64,000 nucleotides of DNA from Haliotis rufescens (taxonomy: Eukaryota). Each line of letters starts with the position of its first letter. Positions within the stretch are counted from its first letter, which is position 1. Below are positions 37,291 through 50,974 of this stretch, one piece after another. A program made the position numbers and the translations under genes. The stretch spans positions 5,022,001 through 5,086,000 of the forward strand of contig NW_025963979.1 in assembly GCF_023055435.1 (NCBI RefSeq). The letters are read 5' to 3'. The notes under the pieces are model-generated. The model saw only the letters and a list, made by a program, of their open reading frames with translations, did no database searches and had not been told where the DNA came from.

Positions 37291-39634
37291 ATGCAATTCT
37301 TCTTCTTATCGTGACATCGATTTTATGTTACATACTTACATGTCTTTAATGTAAACTGTCTCCGTTCCGAAATATTATTACTGACTTAACCCAAACACAC
37401 ATTTTTTAGAATCAAACAAATCCTCTCGCCACACAAATCATTGTTATAGCCGAAAATATTCTGTCATAATAGGAAGTCATGTTTTCTCAAGCGTGTATTC
37501 TATATATTTATAGCCAAAGTCTGGTTTCAAAGATCTGAAACTGCGATTACAGTTTTCCAACAAATTGAAAAAGAGAAGAGAATACCATTATTTGAATTAT
37601 TTCAAATTAGTTGTTTTATGTTCAGCCTCATTGTGCTCATGGGTGTATACCACGGGGTTACTCCACACGGGCATAGACGAACAATGGCGGCACGAGAATG
37701 GAAGTGGGGAATGCTTAGGAGACAATGAAGCGTGACGTCACAGGTTGTTAGCTCGTCGTTTCTATTGTCAGTTTGTTCAATGGTTATGATGCATATGACA
37801 GGAGGTACCGACTTGGGGCATCCCACATAATGTGTCGTAGAGATGTTATCTGTCCGCTATTCAAGCAGCGGGATCCAGGGCGAGGGTGTGCAGACACTAA
37901 CGACCGCTCTCGTGTGACAGTCTCGCCTTCAGCACGGAACAGAAAAGTGGCCCTCTTTAAGCAGTTGACTGCTGAGGGCTAGTCATGGTAAATGATGCGT
38001 CGCGCTGTCAGAGAACCCTGCAGGAAAAGAATTCTCCTTTCAGTGGACTCTTGGTACCTTAAAGCCCGCGTCTTTAGGTTTCATATATTTCCTGATTAAA
38101 TGGAGTTTACTTTCTAAAAAAAGTTCTGTAAGTTTATTAATACTATTATTTGAAGCAATGATTGAGTTAAAATTTAAATTCGCATCGGCAATATTTAATC
38201 CGTACGGCGACGAGAGCACGTGTTATGTACAATCAAATACATGTGCTTGTCAAAACCACTTAAAATATCTGTGTGTGCGTGTGTGCGTGTGTGCGTGCGT
38301 GTGTGTGTTTATATAATACTAGCATATTTTGAAATAACAACCACGATCTATTCATAACGAACTAAATTAATCTGCATCAAGATACAAGGCGTATACCAAC
38401 CTACAAATGTAAACATTAATAAACACGTTGTCAATTGTCCTAAGCATTAACATGATTTTGATACTCTCTACGAAAGTGAACTTCCCAGCAGCTCGTCAAG
38501 TCACAATTGAAAATTGTTTTGGAGAGAATTGTGGGAAATGATGTATGCTATTCGGTTATCGCGGCGTCTGTTAGCGGCTCAATGACACTCCCGACCCCGC
38601 GCGATTCCATCATTACCATCATGAACTCATGCCGTCCACCAGCGCGTGACGGTGGCCATGACGTCACCAGGAATGGCAGAATGTGTTTGAGACCAGACAC
38701 TGTGTGTCCACACTCATTATGATGGACCGCGCATGCCCAGACTGATAAGATGGCGCTGATTTGAGATGACAGGCGAAATGCTTCGTGTTAACTTTGATGT
38801 TGTTAGAAGAGATTCCGTTCACACGCGAAGTGCTTCCCAGGGCACAAGAATATCCTCCACTAACAAAGCAACGTCGAAGCAAACAAATCGCCGAAAATTT
38901 TCAGGAAAAAGCAAATATGAGACCGTTATTAATCATTTGTAATCGCTTTTAAGGATTGCATGCATGATCTGAATGCGTGGCAGAGTATCTAACGGTATAG
39001 TGAATGTACTGTGACAGAAAAAGTTATAGCTTTAGATTCATTTCCTTTTAGCAATGTATAAAATTGATATTAATGGTTCATTCCATACATCGTTACTACA
39101 GAAAAGTAAACGAGCCCGTGTTTGGTTACGCATGATTCAACAGTTCAGCATCCACAGGACGTATTTCAGTCTCAAGTGTAGAGGCGCAGGAACACGAAGC
39201 TACATGTATACAAAATATTGACCCATGTATCCTACTCGGCATCGTAGGATACATGGTTCGATATATCCATATGTATTTACATGTACAGCTAGGTATTCTT
39301 GTGGCAGGGGTCAATACTTTTTGTGCCCCGTGCAGAGGCCGGAGTATGAGGTCGTTTGATCGTGCGACTGTTCCACATGAGAAATGACCTGTCATCAAGC
39401 TGACAAAGGGAGGATGTCATCTGTGTATGATTTTACGCCCTGCTACATACTCCCACGTGAACAGGGGGCACTTCCATACTTAATCTGTCTTGTTCAGGGA
39501 TTCGAACCACACATCTTCTGTTATCAGATACGTTGTCAACATGAATGTCGTGAGTGGAGGTCGCACAGATCACGGCTGGGGTTACAGCACGTTGTATCCA
39601 GTAGGTTCCAATAACCCATGTTAATGTGTTTTTA

Positions 39635-42140
39635 CATGGGTGCCTTCGGTGGGTGAACGTGACTTGGGTGTCTTCGGTGGGTGTACGTGACTTTGGTGTC
39701 TTCGGTGGGTGAACGTGACATTGGTGTCTTCGATGGGTGAACGTGACGTGGGTGCCTTCGGTGGGTGAACGTGACTTGGGTGCCTTCGGTGGGTGAACGT
39801 GACATTGGTGTCTTCGGTGGGTGAACGTGACATGAGTGTCTTCGGTGGGTGTACGTGACATGGGGGTCTTCGGTGGGTGACCGTGACATAGGGGTCTTCG
39901 GTGGGCGTACGTGATATTGGGGTCTTCGGTGGGTGTACGTGACTTGGGGGTCCTCGGTGGGTGAACGTGACATGAGGGTCCTCGGTGGGTGTACGTGACG
40001 TGGGTGTCTTCGGTGGGTGTACGTGACTTGGGTGTCTTTCGTGGGTGTACGTGACATGGGGGTCCTCGGTGGGTGTACGTGACGTGGGTGTCTTCAGTGG
40101 GTGTACGTGACATGGGGATCTTCGGTGGGTGTACGTGACTTGGGTGTCTTCGGTGGGTGAACGTAGCATGGGTGTCTTCAGTGAGTGTACGTGACATGGG
40201 TGTCTTCAGTGGGTGTACGTGACGTGGGTGTCTTCGGTGGGTGAACGTGACATTGGTGTCTTCAGTGAGTGTACGTGACATGGGTGTCTTCAGTGGGTGT
40301 ACGTGACATGGGGGTCTTCGGTGGGTGTACGTGACATGGGGGTCTTCGGTGGGTGAACGTGACATGGGTGTCTTCGGTGGGTGTACGTGACATGGGGGTC
40401 TTCGATGGGTGTACGTGACATGGGGGTCTTCGGTGGGTGTACGTGACATGGGGGTCTTCGGTGGGTGAACGTGACGTGGGGGTCTTCGGTGGGTGTACGT
40501 GACATGGGGGTCTTCGGTGGGTGTACGTGACATGGGGGTCTTCGGTGGGTGTACGTGACATGGGGGTCTTCGGTGGGTGAACGTAGCATGGGTGTCTTCT
40601 ATGGGTGAACGTGACATGAGTATCTTCAGTGGGTGAACATGACATGGGTGTCTTCGGTGGGTGAACGTAGCATGGGTGTCTTCTTATGGTGAACATGACA
40701 TGGGGGTCTTTGCTGGGTGTACGTGACATGGGGGTCTTCGGTGGGTGAACGTGACATAGGTGTCTTCGGTGGGTGTACGTGACATGGGTGTCTTCGGTGG
40801 GTGTACGTGACATGGGTGTCTTCGGTGGGTAAACATGACATGGGTGTCTTCGGTGGGTGTACGTGACATGGGGGTCTTCGGTGGGTGTACGTGACATGGG
40901 TGTCTTCGCTGGGTGAACGTGACATGAGTGTCTTCGGTGGGTGTACGTGACATTGGGGTCTTCGGTGGGTGTACGTGACATGGGGGTCTTCGATGGGTGT
41001 ACGTGACATGGGGGTCTTCGGTGGTTGTACGTGACATAGGTGTCTTCGGTGGGTAAACATGACATGGGTGTCTTCGGTGGGTGTACGTGACATGGGGGTC
41101 TTCGGTGGGTGTACATGACATGGGTGTCTTCGGTGGGTGTACGTGACATGGGTGTCTTCGGTGGGTGTACGTGACGTGGGGGTCTTCGGTGGATAAACGT
41201 GACATGGGTGTCTTCGGTGGGTGTACGTGACATGGGTGTCTTCGGTGGGTGTACGTGACATGAGTGTCTTCGGTGGGTGTACGTGACATGGGGGTCTTCG
41301 GTGGGTGTACGTGACATGGGTGTCTTCGGTGGGTGTACGTGACATGGGGGTCTTCGGTGGGTGTACGTGACATGGGTGTCTTCGGTGGGTGTACGTGACA
41401 TAGGTGTCTTCGGTGGGTGTACGTGACATGGGTGTCTTCGGTGGGTGTACGTGACATGGGGGTCTTCGGTGGGTGTACGTGACATGGGGGTCTTCGGTGG
41501 GTGTACGTGACATGGGGGTCTTCGCAGGGTGAACGTGACATGGGGGTCTTCGGTGGGTGTACGTGAGATGGGTGTCTTCGGTGGGTGTACGTGACATGGG
41601 GGTCCTCGGTGGGTGAACGTGACGTGGGTGTCTTCGGTGGGTGTACGTGACATGAGTGTCTTCGGTGGGTGTACGAGACATGAGTGTCTTCGGTGGGTGT
41701 ACGTGACATGGGGGTCTTCGGTGGGTGTACGTCACATGAGTGTCTTCGGTGGGTGTACGTGACATGGGGGTCCTCGGTGGGTGAACGTGACGTGGGTGTC
41801 TTCGGTGGGTGTACATGACATGGGGGTCTTCGGTTGGTGTACGTGACATGGGGGTCTTCGGTTGGTGTACGTGACATGGGTGTCTTCGCAGGGTGAACGT
41901 GACATGGGTGTCTTCGGTGGGTGTACGTGACGTGGGGGTCCTCGGTGGGTGAACGTGACGTGGGGGTCTTCGGTGGGTGTACGTGACATGGGGGTCCTCG
42001 GTGGGTGAACGTGACGTGGGTGTCTTCGGTGGGTGTACGTGACATGAGTGTCTTTGGTGGGTGTACATGACATGGGGGTCTTCGGTTGGTGTACGTGACA
42101 TGAGTGTCTTCGGTGGATGAACGTGACATGGGGTCTTCGT
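39635..42140. repeat. 28-bp GC-rich minisatellite, ~90 copies
   Basis: unit gtcttcggtgggtgtacgtgacatggg(g/t). Confidence 0.95.
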
Positions 42141-42214
42141 AGGATGAAATGACAGTGGTCGTCATTAGGTTTACATGAAACACGGACACTGACACGTCAC
42201 TGTACAGGCAACAT

Positions 42215-42570
42215 GTGTCCTCAGTGGGTTAACACGAGACAGGCGTCCCCAGTGGGTTTACATGAGAGAGGCGTCCCCAGTAGGTTACATGACACAGGCG
42301 TCCCCAGTGGGTTTACATGAGACAGGCGTCCCCAGTGGGTTTACATGAGACAGGCGTCCCCAGTGGGTTTACATGAGACAGGCGTCCCCAGTGGGTTTAC
42401 ATGAGAGAGGCGTCCCCAGTAGGTTTACATGACACAGGCGTCCCCAGTGGGTTTACATGAGACAGGCGTCCCCAGTGGGTTTACATGAGACAGGCGTCCC
42501 AGTTGGTTTACATGAGACAGGCGTCCCCAGTTGGTTTACATGAGACAGGCGTCCCCAGTGGGTTTACAGA
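42215..42570. repeat. Second 28-bp minisatellite, ~12 copies
   Basis: unit ggcgtccccagtgggtttacatgagaca. Confidence 0.92.
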
Positions 42571-45500
42571 ACATGGGTGTCATCCATGCGGTTTGGGCAT
42601 CCTGTCATATTATACATAGATTATTATAAATCTACTCTGTTGTGTTCCGGTTGCTTCGTATTTTCTATCTGCGAATATTTAGAATCTGAATCTGATATAT
42701 CGAGCATCACTTAAAAAAAGTTGTTTAGAAAGGTTTCTTAACAGACCATTCAATATGACTTCTGGGACCACGTCAGCGTGACTAACAACGTCGCGTACAA
42801 TGACCACGCCCATAAGTTTCCTACCCACGTGCTAATCACCCCCATGTAGATTTACACTGAGTTTGAGATGAACTCGATAGTGTTTCCTTCATGGCCACCT
42901 CGACATAAAGCTTACCGCCACTTGATGTTATCTGCCGCACATGAAACACGGCCATTATCGTCACCTAAACTGATTGTGAATTCTCTTTCTCGCGGAGATC
43001 CTATCAGATGCGCGAGCCCCAACCATGGGGGTAGTCTGTCAGGTGGGATCAGGGACACTTTGCTTGGGACGGCCGCGGACAATTCATCTGCAATTAGGTA
43101 CCGGTAATATGGGCCGCCTTTGTCGTGTCCTACTGGAAGGGTGTTTGGTTGAAAATCACGTGTAAATCTAAACCAGGTGTCAAATGTAATGAGATAACTT
43201 AACCGTGCTCTTCCGTGTCGACCATATCTGTTTACTTCAAGAATATTTAACCAGATTGTCCTAATTGAAGATCACTACGTTGCTAACACGAAAACAAGAT
43301 GGTCGAGTCAACTCTATCCACCGGAAGTTGACCTGTTTCGCCAATACTCACGAAAGCTAATATAATTCAGAACCTTTCCTTCAGCTATATAAATGTATGT
43401 GTTTATGAAACGCAACTCAATATGTCAATCACTTACCATATTATTATAACGTAACTGCGTTTTGTTTTATAAACATGGTCTGACTGGAGTTATGTTTTGA
43501 CGTGTGTCAGTTCAAGGAGGCAGGGGTGTTGGTGTATTCACGGGGTGTTGTGACAAACAGACAGTCGAATGTTTTGTCTTCAGGGGAACCCTATCAGAAA
43601 GCGACCTGCGTTGTTGACAGTCCTAGCGGGCGAGCGGTCGTTTCGAACATTCTGTTATGAATTGAAAGTGAGATCCATAACTCTTCTGCGCCATCGGTCC
43701 TGTTTTAGATGCACCCTATAACATATAAGTCTCCATAATAAATGTTATTGTAACTAATGCGTTGTGTTAAGGTTTGTTTTGTCATGTAGACGTACACCAC
43801 AACTGTTCGGTGGTCAACAGCGACATTCTGTTAATCCGGGCGGTACCGTTCCCACTGAAGACGACGCCGTTAACGAATCAGCGTTACGAGTACTGGTCTT
43901 TGTAAACTAGTCTGTCTCCCTGATCCTAGAGAATGTATTAAAAAATGAGTCCAACTAAAGTCTAGAATGATTTGGCAAGTCCAGATATCCTCTAGATCTA
44001 GGGATTGATCGGGGCTCCATTTTGAATTTTTATTTTATTTGTCGATATAAATTTTCAAATAAGATAACTTTATTTCTGGGACTAGATGTTAGTCTATTTG
44101 TAAACATGTGGACGTTCTTACAGTAGTTATACGGATGCGAGGTTTCCGGATTATCGGCGTTAAGCTGTATCTCGGATATATTTCAGGTATGACAGCTCTT
44201 GGTGTCGGTATGGACTAAAACGAACGTAGCGCAACCACCATTGGGTGTCTTTGTTAAACTACCCTCTGGAGATTCCGGGTCAGAATAGGTCCCCAGCAAG
44301 TTGTACGAGACTAAATGGATCGGGTGGTCATGCTTGGTTGACAACATGTCCTTGTACGCATCGGCTGGACTTGCACAACTTGCAAAGGCAATAATTATTA
44401 ATTCAAATCATACTTTCCGGATTATATAAACAATAAGAATACGTTGTCCCTATAACAGATTGGCGTCCCTAGAGTCCACTTACCTAGACTTGCATATTAG
44501 GAGGAAAGAATTACTACACACCCATGGGCTTATTTTTCAGTACAGCCTTGGAGCAAGGCTACCCGACAGCGTGCATGAGGTGTTGCTGGTAACATCAATC
44601 ACTGGTGTGTCTGTAGTCCTGCACCATGACCGTGGAATACATTTATTTTATGAAAAAAAATAATCTAGAAATATATACAAAAGCAAGTCTAGCCAGTTCA
44701 AGCTAGCTCTATTCCACATCAGCATATGGAATTTATATTTTTTTTAGAAGGATATTGTGTTATATAAGATTTCAGAGTCTAGTGTGTCTGGTCCAGACTC
44801 GATTATTAGCAGGCTGCCATAATATAGCCCGAACATTGCGTCGTTAAAACCAAACAAACATTGTCATAGTTAGATAGAAGTAGTGCTAAGACCGTTTGCT
44901 GAACCAAGTTCTGAATCCTTGCCTGGATCAAGTATACGTTGATGAAATGCAGTGTCAACCCATAGGTGACGTACTGCAGTACGACGTATCGGCGCCTGGA
45001 TGCTTGATCAGCGACACTACACATCACGGGATGAGTTGCTCTCATGGTATAAACCCCACGTTACTGGTGCCGGAAACTCGCGATACATCACCTTCCCGGG
45101 ACAATGGCCTTAACTGACTATAAAATTCCAGCTTCCATTCTTGCCGAACTAGTTTCAAATTGGTTTGATCGTAGCGCCGCCAGTGGCTATTAGGCTATAC
45201 GAGTTAGGTCCCTTCTATGTCCGTCCTATTGACCAATCAGATTCCACCTCACATATCACTTGCATTTGCTTCCCAGAAAATCGTCACCCAGTGCAGACGA
45301 TCTTATCGATAATCAAGATCTATGTTGTAATAAAACGGGTCTCACTTAGCGAAGTGCATCAAATCACGTGAGCACCTTGATTAAAAACATGAAAAGATTT
45401 GGAAAATATCTGTTGACGCTAATTTGTCAGTACACATGCTTTGCAAATAATGAAATCGACCGAAATCTGCACGGCAGTTTCCGAACCGGATGTCAATTTT

Positions 45501-46924
45501 GTTACGCAATGTTGATTGGACTATGCATAGACTCGTTAGTTCAGCCAAAATATAACTCTACAATTCCAGACAAGTTCGGAAAGGGTTAAAACTTGACTTT
45601 TACAGTCAGTTAACTCCCTTGCCTTGGGAAGATGACCCTGGTGCCGACATTTCGCGATACATTGAACAAACCGAACTATGACGCACGTGGTCCTACATGA
45701 TGACGTAAAGAAACTCGTGTTTTAGTCACCACAGAATGTTTTATTCTTTGGAGTACGTCATGGGTGGAGGTATATCGGATCAACACATGGAAGCTGATTG
45801 TGTTTGTCGGCTTCAGTCGACTATATTATTTTGTTCTGTTTATTTGTTACTTGTTTAACGCCGCACTCAGCACTATTCCAGCTATAGGACGGCGGTCTGT
45901 AAATAATCGAGTGGACAAGACAAACCAGTGATTGACATCATGAGCATCGATCTACGCAACTGGACTACCCGATCCCGTTCGTCGCCTCTAAATAAAAAGC
46001 ATGGGTTGCTGAAGGTCAATTCTTCTCGGGTTTATATTATTTTGAACACACATTGTTGAGGAATGGTAATGGCACATCATCTCGCTCATTTACAGTTGTT
46101 ATCAATGGATGCATGGCGGACAGACATTGCGGGTGATGAAGGTGTATGTCCGATATTTTGTCCTCCTTGTCTTGGCCCCAAGGGCTGTTATGTAAGGGTG
46201 GCTATTATGATTTACCTGATCTAGTGATATGGGTCTTACAGGTCTCATCAGTCTTTAGATTGGCAGACATCTTTCAGTCATTTCCAGCTTAACCGCAGAC
46301 AAGAGACCAAAGAACATCTTTGATACCCATGGCGAGACCCTGTCCTGTGTGCCCCAGACCATACAGGGTGTGTCCACGAGGGGTAACATAAGGGTTCGAT
46401 TCCCCACACGGATACGGTTTGAAGCCCATTGCTGGTGCCCCCTGCCGTGATCAGGTGGAATGTTGCCAAAACCATACGTACTCACTCACGTATTGTTACC
46501 TTACTCAAATAGATCGTTTTGTCAAGTCTTCAAAATGTAAACCCCAAACAAAGACAGGATATATATATATTGTTTATCTCGGTGTTAGAGTTTACCTTTT
46601 GTATATTGTTTGTTTGCGACTAAAAGAAGTTATCCTCGTTTTTTTAAATTAACCGAAAAATAATGTAATCTTTCACTTCTGCTTTGTATTTGTAACATGT
46701 TATTACATTGTATTGAAGGAAAGCTTTGCTTCAATACTGCATTCGCCTCATACGCTCTGTTTCATTGTTGGTTTATTCTTTAACTTTGCACTCTGGGGAA
46801 TAAAAATAGACAACCCAGTGATTGATATTGTGAGGAATGTCCCACGACTTCGGGGTACAGTGACACGCAATCAACCAATCAGCGAGCCTCTCACGACAAG
46901 CATACTTTACATGTGGACCGATTG

Positions 46925-47060
46925 TAACCCTGAACCCCACTGGGCTTATACTCTGATTCTAACCCTGAACCCCACTGGGCTTATACTCTGATTCTAACCC
47001 TGAACCCCACTGGGCTTATACTCTGATTCTAACCCTGAACCCCACTGGGCTTATACTCTG
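46925..47060. repeat. 35-bp tandem repeat, ~4 copies
   Basis: unit aaccctgaaccccactgggcttatactctgattct. Confidence 0.9.
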
Positions 47061-48309
47061 TGTAAATGATTCATTAGCAGGCTCACCTGTAACAGGTCGC
47101 TAAGCCACAGGTTCAGTGCGATACCTGGGGGTGTTGGCTGACAACACATGCATGAGTGGATCAGTTTGCTGAAATTGTTCAAAAGATTATATATTAGAAG
47201 ACATTTATTAAAAAGTCGTCAAGTTTCTTTCTTAAAAAGAAAATGCTCTCTGTGTTTTCAGTTTCATACCCAGTTTATATATATCGAACAAAGAATTGAA
47301 TACACATTGCATAATCATGTGTACAGATACACGCCGCATACTTGGACTGGGCGGGGCAACAGACAGCTTATGAAAGATCCACACGCCAAGGACAGAAGGG
47401 CAAATGTTTGAGGATGTTCTTGACGGAATAGACACAGTTCAAGTTAGAACACAAATTATTCGGTTTGAGAAGAGATCGTGCCGGCTTATCCCGCCATCAG
47501 GTCACACACTGCTTCTAAGACCCAATGCCAATGTGTATCGCCTGTTTCCGTTAGTCTTCGGCCAATCCCGCTAAACCTCCCGGCACCTGGCAGGCAGCCG
47601 AGTATCTCCGATGTTTGCAGTAGAATAACTAGGTATATTTACGACTTTGAAGAAGATCATGTCGGCATATTTTCATGTGTCCTTGGATTCGACTTCAAAT
47701 ATCTGTCGTTGAAGTCCATTTTTAGGGGTTCAGAAAACCTAAGACTAAAATATATCTCAGCCAAGATTTTGTTGAACGTTTCCTCGAAATGAAAAGACCA
47801 TGAAAGTAATAGAAAGAAAGCCAATTGCCAATATCCCACAACCCTCGCTCTTCCCTCAATTATAACTTACTAGTTATAATGGGAGGGCTTGGTTTAATTA
47901 ACGTGGAGGCATTTCATGATAGAATTATATTGTGCACTTTTGCACACATCTATTTGTCTTATGACCCTCTTGTGAAGCGTGACTCATGATGAAACAAGGC
48001 ATTCCACAGTTTTCTTAAACAAGCCAAGGATGTGGGACATAATCTCAATGTCAATGTTGATTTTGTTGATGGTTCTGTACTGCTGTACAGAAATGAGTGT
48101 CAACCAAGCGAAGTGCCACATCAAATCGCCCCGCAAGGAGAGCATATCTGAACGAACACTGCATCGAGTCTATGTGCAGTGTGTTGAGGACTAGGCATTC
48201 CTGGGAGAAGTCCCATTCGCTGTCTGGGCTGCGTGTAGAGGGGGGCAAGGGCCCTGAGCTGAATATGAGCCCAACTAGCCTGACTGACTCTCCCAAACCC
48301 TCTTCGCTG

Positions 48310-48484
48310 NNNNNNNNNNNNNNNNNNNNNNNNNNNNNNNNNNNNNNNNNNNNNNNNNNNNNNNNNNNNNNNNNNNNNNNNNNNNNNNNNNNNNNNNNNN
48401 NNNNNNNNNNNNNNNNNNNNNNNNNNNNNNNNNNNNNNNNNNNNNNNNNNNNNNNNNNNNNNNNNNNNNNNNNNNNNNNNNNNN
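48310..48484. other. Assembly gap (N run)
   Basis: ~175 consecutive n. Confidence 0.99.
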
Positions 48485-48634
48485 NGCTGAATAGCTCACT
48501 CATATAAACACCAAGAACATATTTAAGGACAAGTTGTTGTACCTTTGATTCTTTTACTCATGCTGAAAAAGTAAACCTCAATCGATTATAGAAAGACGTG
48601 TTTTGTAAGTGTTCGGTGCCAATAGTTATTTGAC

Positions 48635-49765
48635 TTGTGAGCATCTGGAGAAACATACAGTGAACGTGTACTAACTGTTTGACTCGGTGTCTGTGAGCAT
48701 CTGGAGAAACATACAGTGAACGTGTACCAACTGTTTGACTCGGTGTCTGCGAGCATCTGGAGAGACATACAGTGAACGTGTACTAACTGTTTGACTCGGT
48801 GTCTGCGAGCATCTGGAGAAACATACAGTGAACGTGTACCAACTGTTTGACTTGGTGTCTGCGAGCATCTGGAGAGACATACAGTGAACGTGTACCAACT
48901 GTTTGACTCGGTGTCTGCGAGCATCTGGAGAAACATACAGTGAACGTGTACTAACTGTTTGACTCGGTGTCTGTGAGCATCTGGAGAAACATACAGTGAA
49001 CGTGTACCAACTGTTTGACTCGGTGTCTGCGAGCATCTGGAGAGACATACAGTGAACGTGTACTAACTGTTTGACTCGGTGTCTGCGAGCATCTGGAGAA
49101 ACATACAGTGAACGTGTACCAACTGTTTGACTTGGTGTCTGCGAGCATCTGGAGAGACATACAGTGAACGTGTACCAACTGTTTGACTCGGTGTCTGCGA
49201 GCATCTGGAGAAACATACAGTGAACGTGTATCAACTGTTTGACTCGGTGTCTGTGAGCATCTGGAGAAACATACAGTGAACGTGTATCAACTGTTTGACT
49301 CGGTGTATGTGAGCATCTGGAGACACATACAGTGAACGTGTACTAACTCTTTGACTCGGTGTCTGTGAGCATCTGGAAACACATACAGTGAACGTGTACC
49401 AACTGTTTGACTCGGTGTCTGTGAGCATCTGGAAACACATACAGTGAACGTGTACTAACTGTTTGACTCGGTGTCTGCGAGCATCTGGAGAAACATACAG
49501 TGAACGTGTACCAACTGTTTGACTCGGTGTCTGTGAGCATCTGGAAACACATACAGTGAACGTGTACCAACTGTTTGACTCGGTGTCTGTGAGCATCTGG
49601 AGAAACATACAGTGAACGTGTACTAACTGTTTGACTCGGTGTCTGTGAGCATCTGGAAACACATACAGTGAACGTGTACCAACTGTTTGACTCGGTGTCT
49701 GTGAGCATCTGGAGAAACATACAGTGAACGTGTATCAACTGTTTGACTCGGTGTCTGTGAGCATC
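48635..49765. repeat. 56-bp minisatellite, ~20 copies
   Basis: unit gagcatctggagaaacatacagtgaacgtgtactaactgtttgactcggtgtctgt; 280-bp (5-unit) duplicated block. Confidence 0.95.
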
Positions 49766-50974
49766 CATGGAAGATTCGGGCAATATGAAATAATAATTCT
49801 TCACTTTTCCAGATGTGTACAAGTTTCAATATATTCACTTTTCACTACTTCCATACTGACTTTTAACCAATCAATACAGTACCATACGAAAACCTTTTGC
49901 AGTAGTGTTTTTGTATAGGGCAAAAATGGTCGTATTTACTTCCTACAAGTTGACCTAATCATAAAAAAGACATGAAGTATTTGTTGTGTTGTTACATCTA
50001 TAAGTGTTATTTCAGTCTTGGTGTTTCATGTTTATTAATGAGAGTATACGTATATGTCCTGTAATGAAACAGGAAACATGGAAGCCCCTGGTGGCGCACG
50101 CCCATCCTAGCGTCGGAGATTGAATATCGGTCACATTGTCCAACAATGCATGTCTGTCAAGTGACTGTGGCTTTGATATCTCCGTGGCAGTGTGTGGTCA
50201 CTCGACGTATCTTCATATTTCCCCATCTGCTGAAGAGGGTCCACCACACCACTGACATTTCATTGTGGGTAAATATTTACCTACGACACATAAATTGGCT
50301 CTAAACAGAACTCCTGAAGCAAAGATTACAGAATGTGTTTTACAAAACACCTTTCAAATAACATTCTTCTAGGAGATGTTCAAGAGGAGTTCTGTAATAA
50401 TAAAGAAGCATACAAGCTATAGTTTGATCATTATAGCTCGAGGCTTACGGAGATTATACTAATAAAATGTTTGCCGTGCTCAAATTTCTCCGAATAGGAG
50501 ACTTTGAGTCCCGGTCTTTCTGACCAGATTTGGCCAAATACCCCGGACACACTGTCGTTAATGGATTTTTATTACATTGGATAAACCGTCCCCTCATTCC
50601 AGTCCGGCGAGGCGGAACCTGGACATTCAGATTTCGTGAGCTGGAAAATAGGGGTTTCTGATGCCTTAGCCGAGACTCTGGAATGACCGTCCACATCCTT
50701 AGGGTTCGCCACGGGGCGACTAAGTCATCAACAGACGCTTACTGCCGAACAAATCCCATCCACTCCACAATAGGCTGGTAATGGTTTGCAAATCTTCGCT
50801 AGACTTGACCGAGCCAATATTACTTAATGTTAATAAATGTTTGAGGTTATCAATCATAAATCTTTGTTCGGCTGTCAGCCTTAAATGTCGGTTATATGTT
50901 AATCAAATGTTTTCCTCTCGGCGCCAGAGGTCACAGCGCGCACTTGTGGAGACCACCCTGGTAATGACCAGTGA

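Noticed and set aside
39433-42195. 400-500-aa Pro/His/Thr-rich ORFs in all three - strand frames
   Set aside because: A 28-bp unit (not a multiple of 3) gives the same peptide in every frame, which is a satellite artefact.
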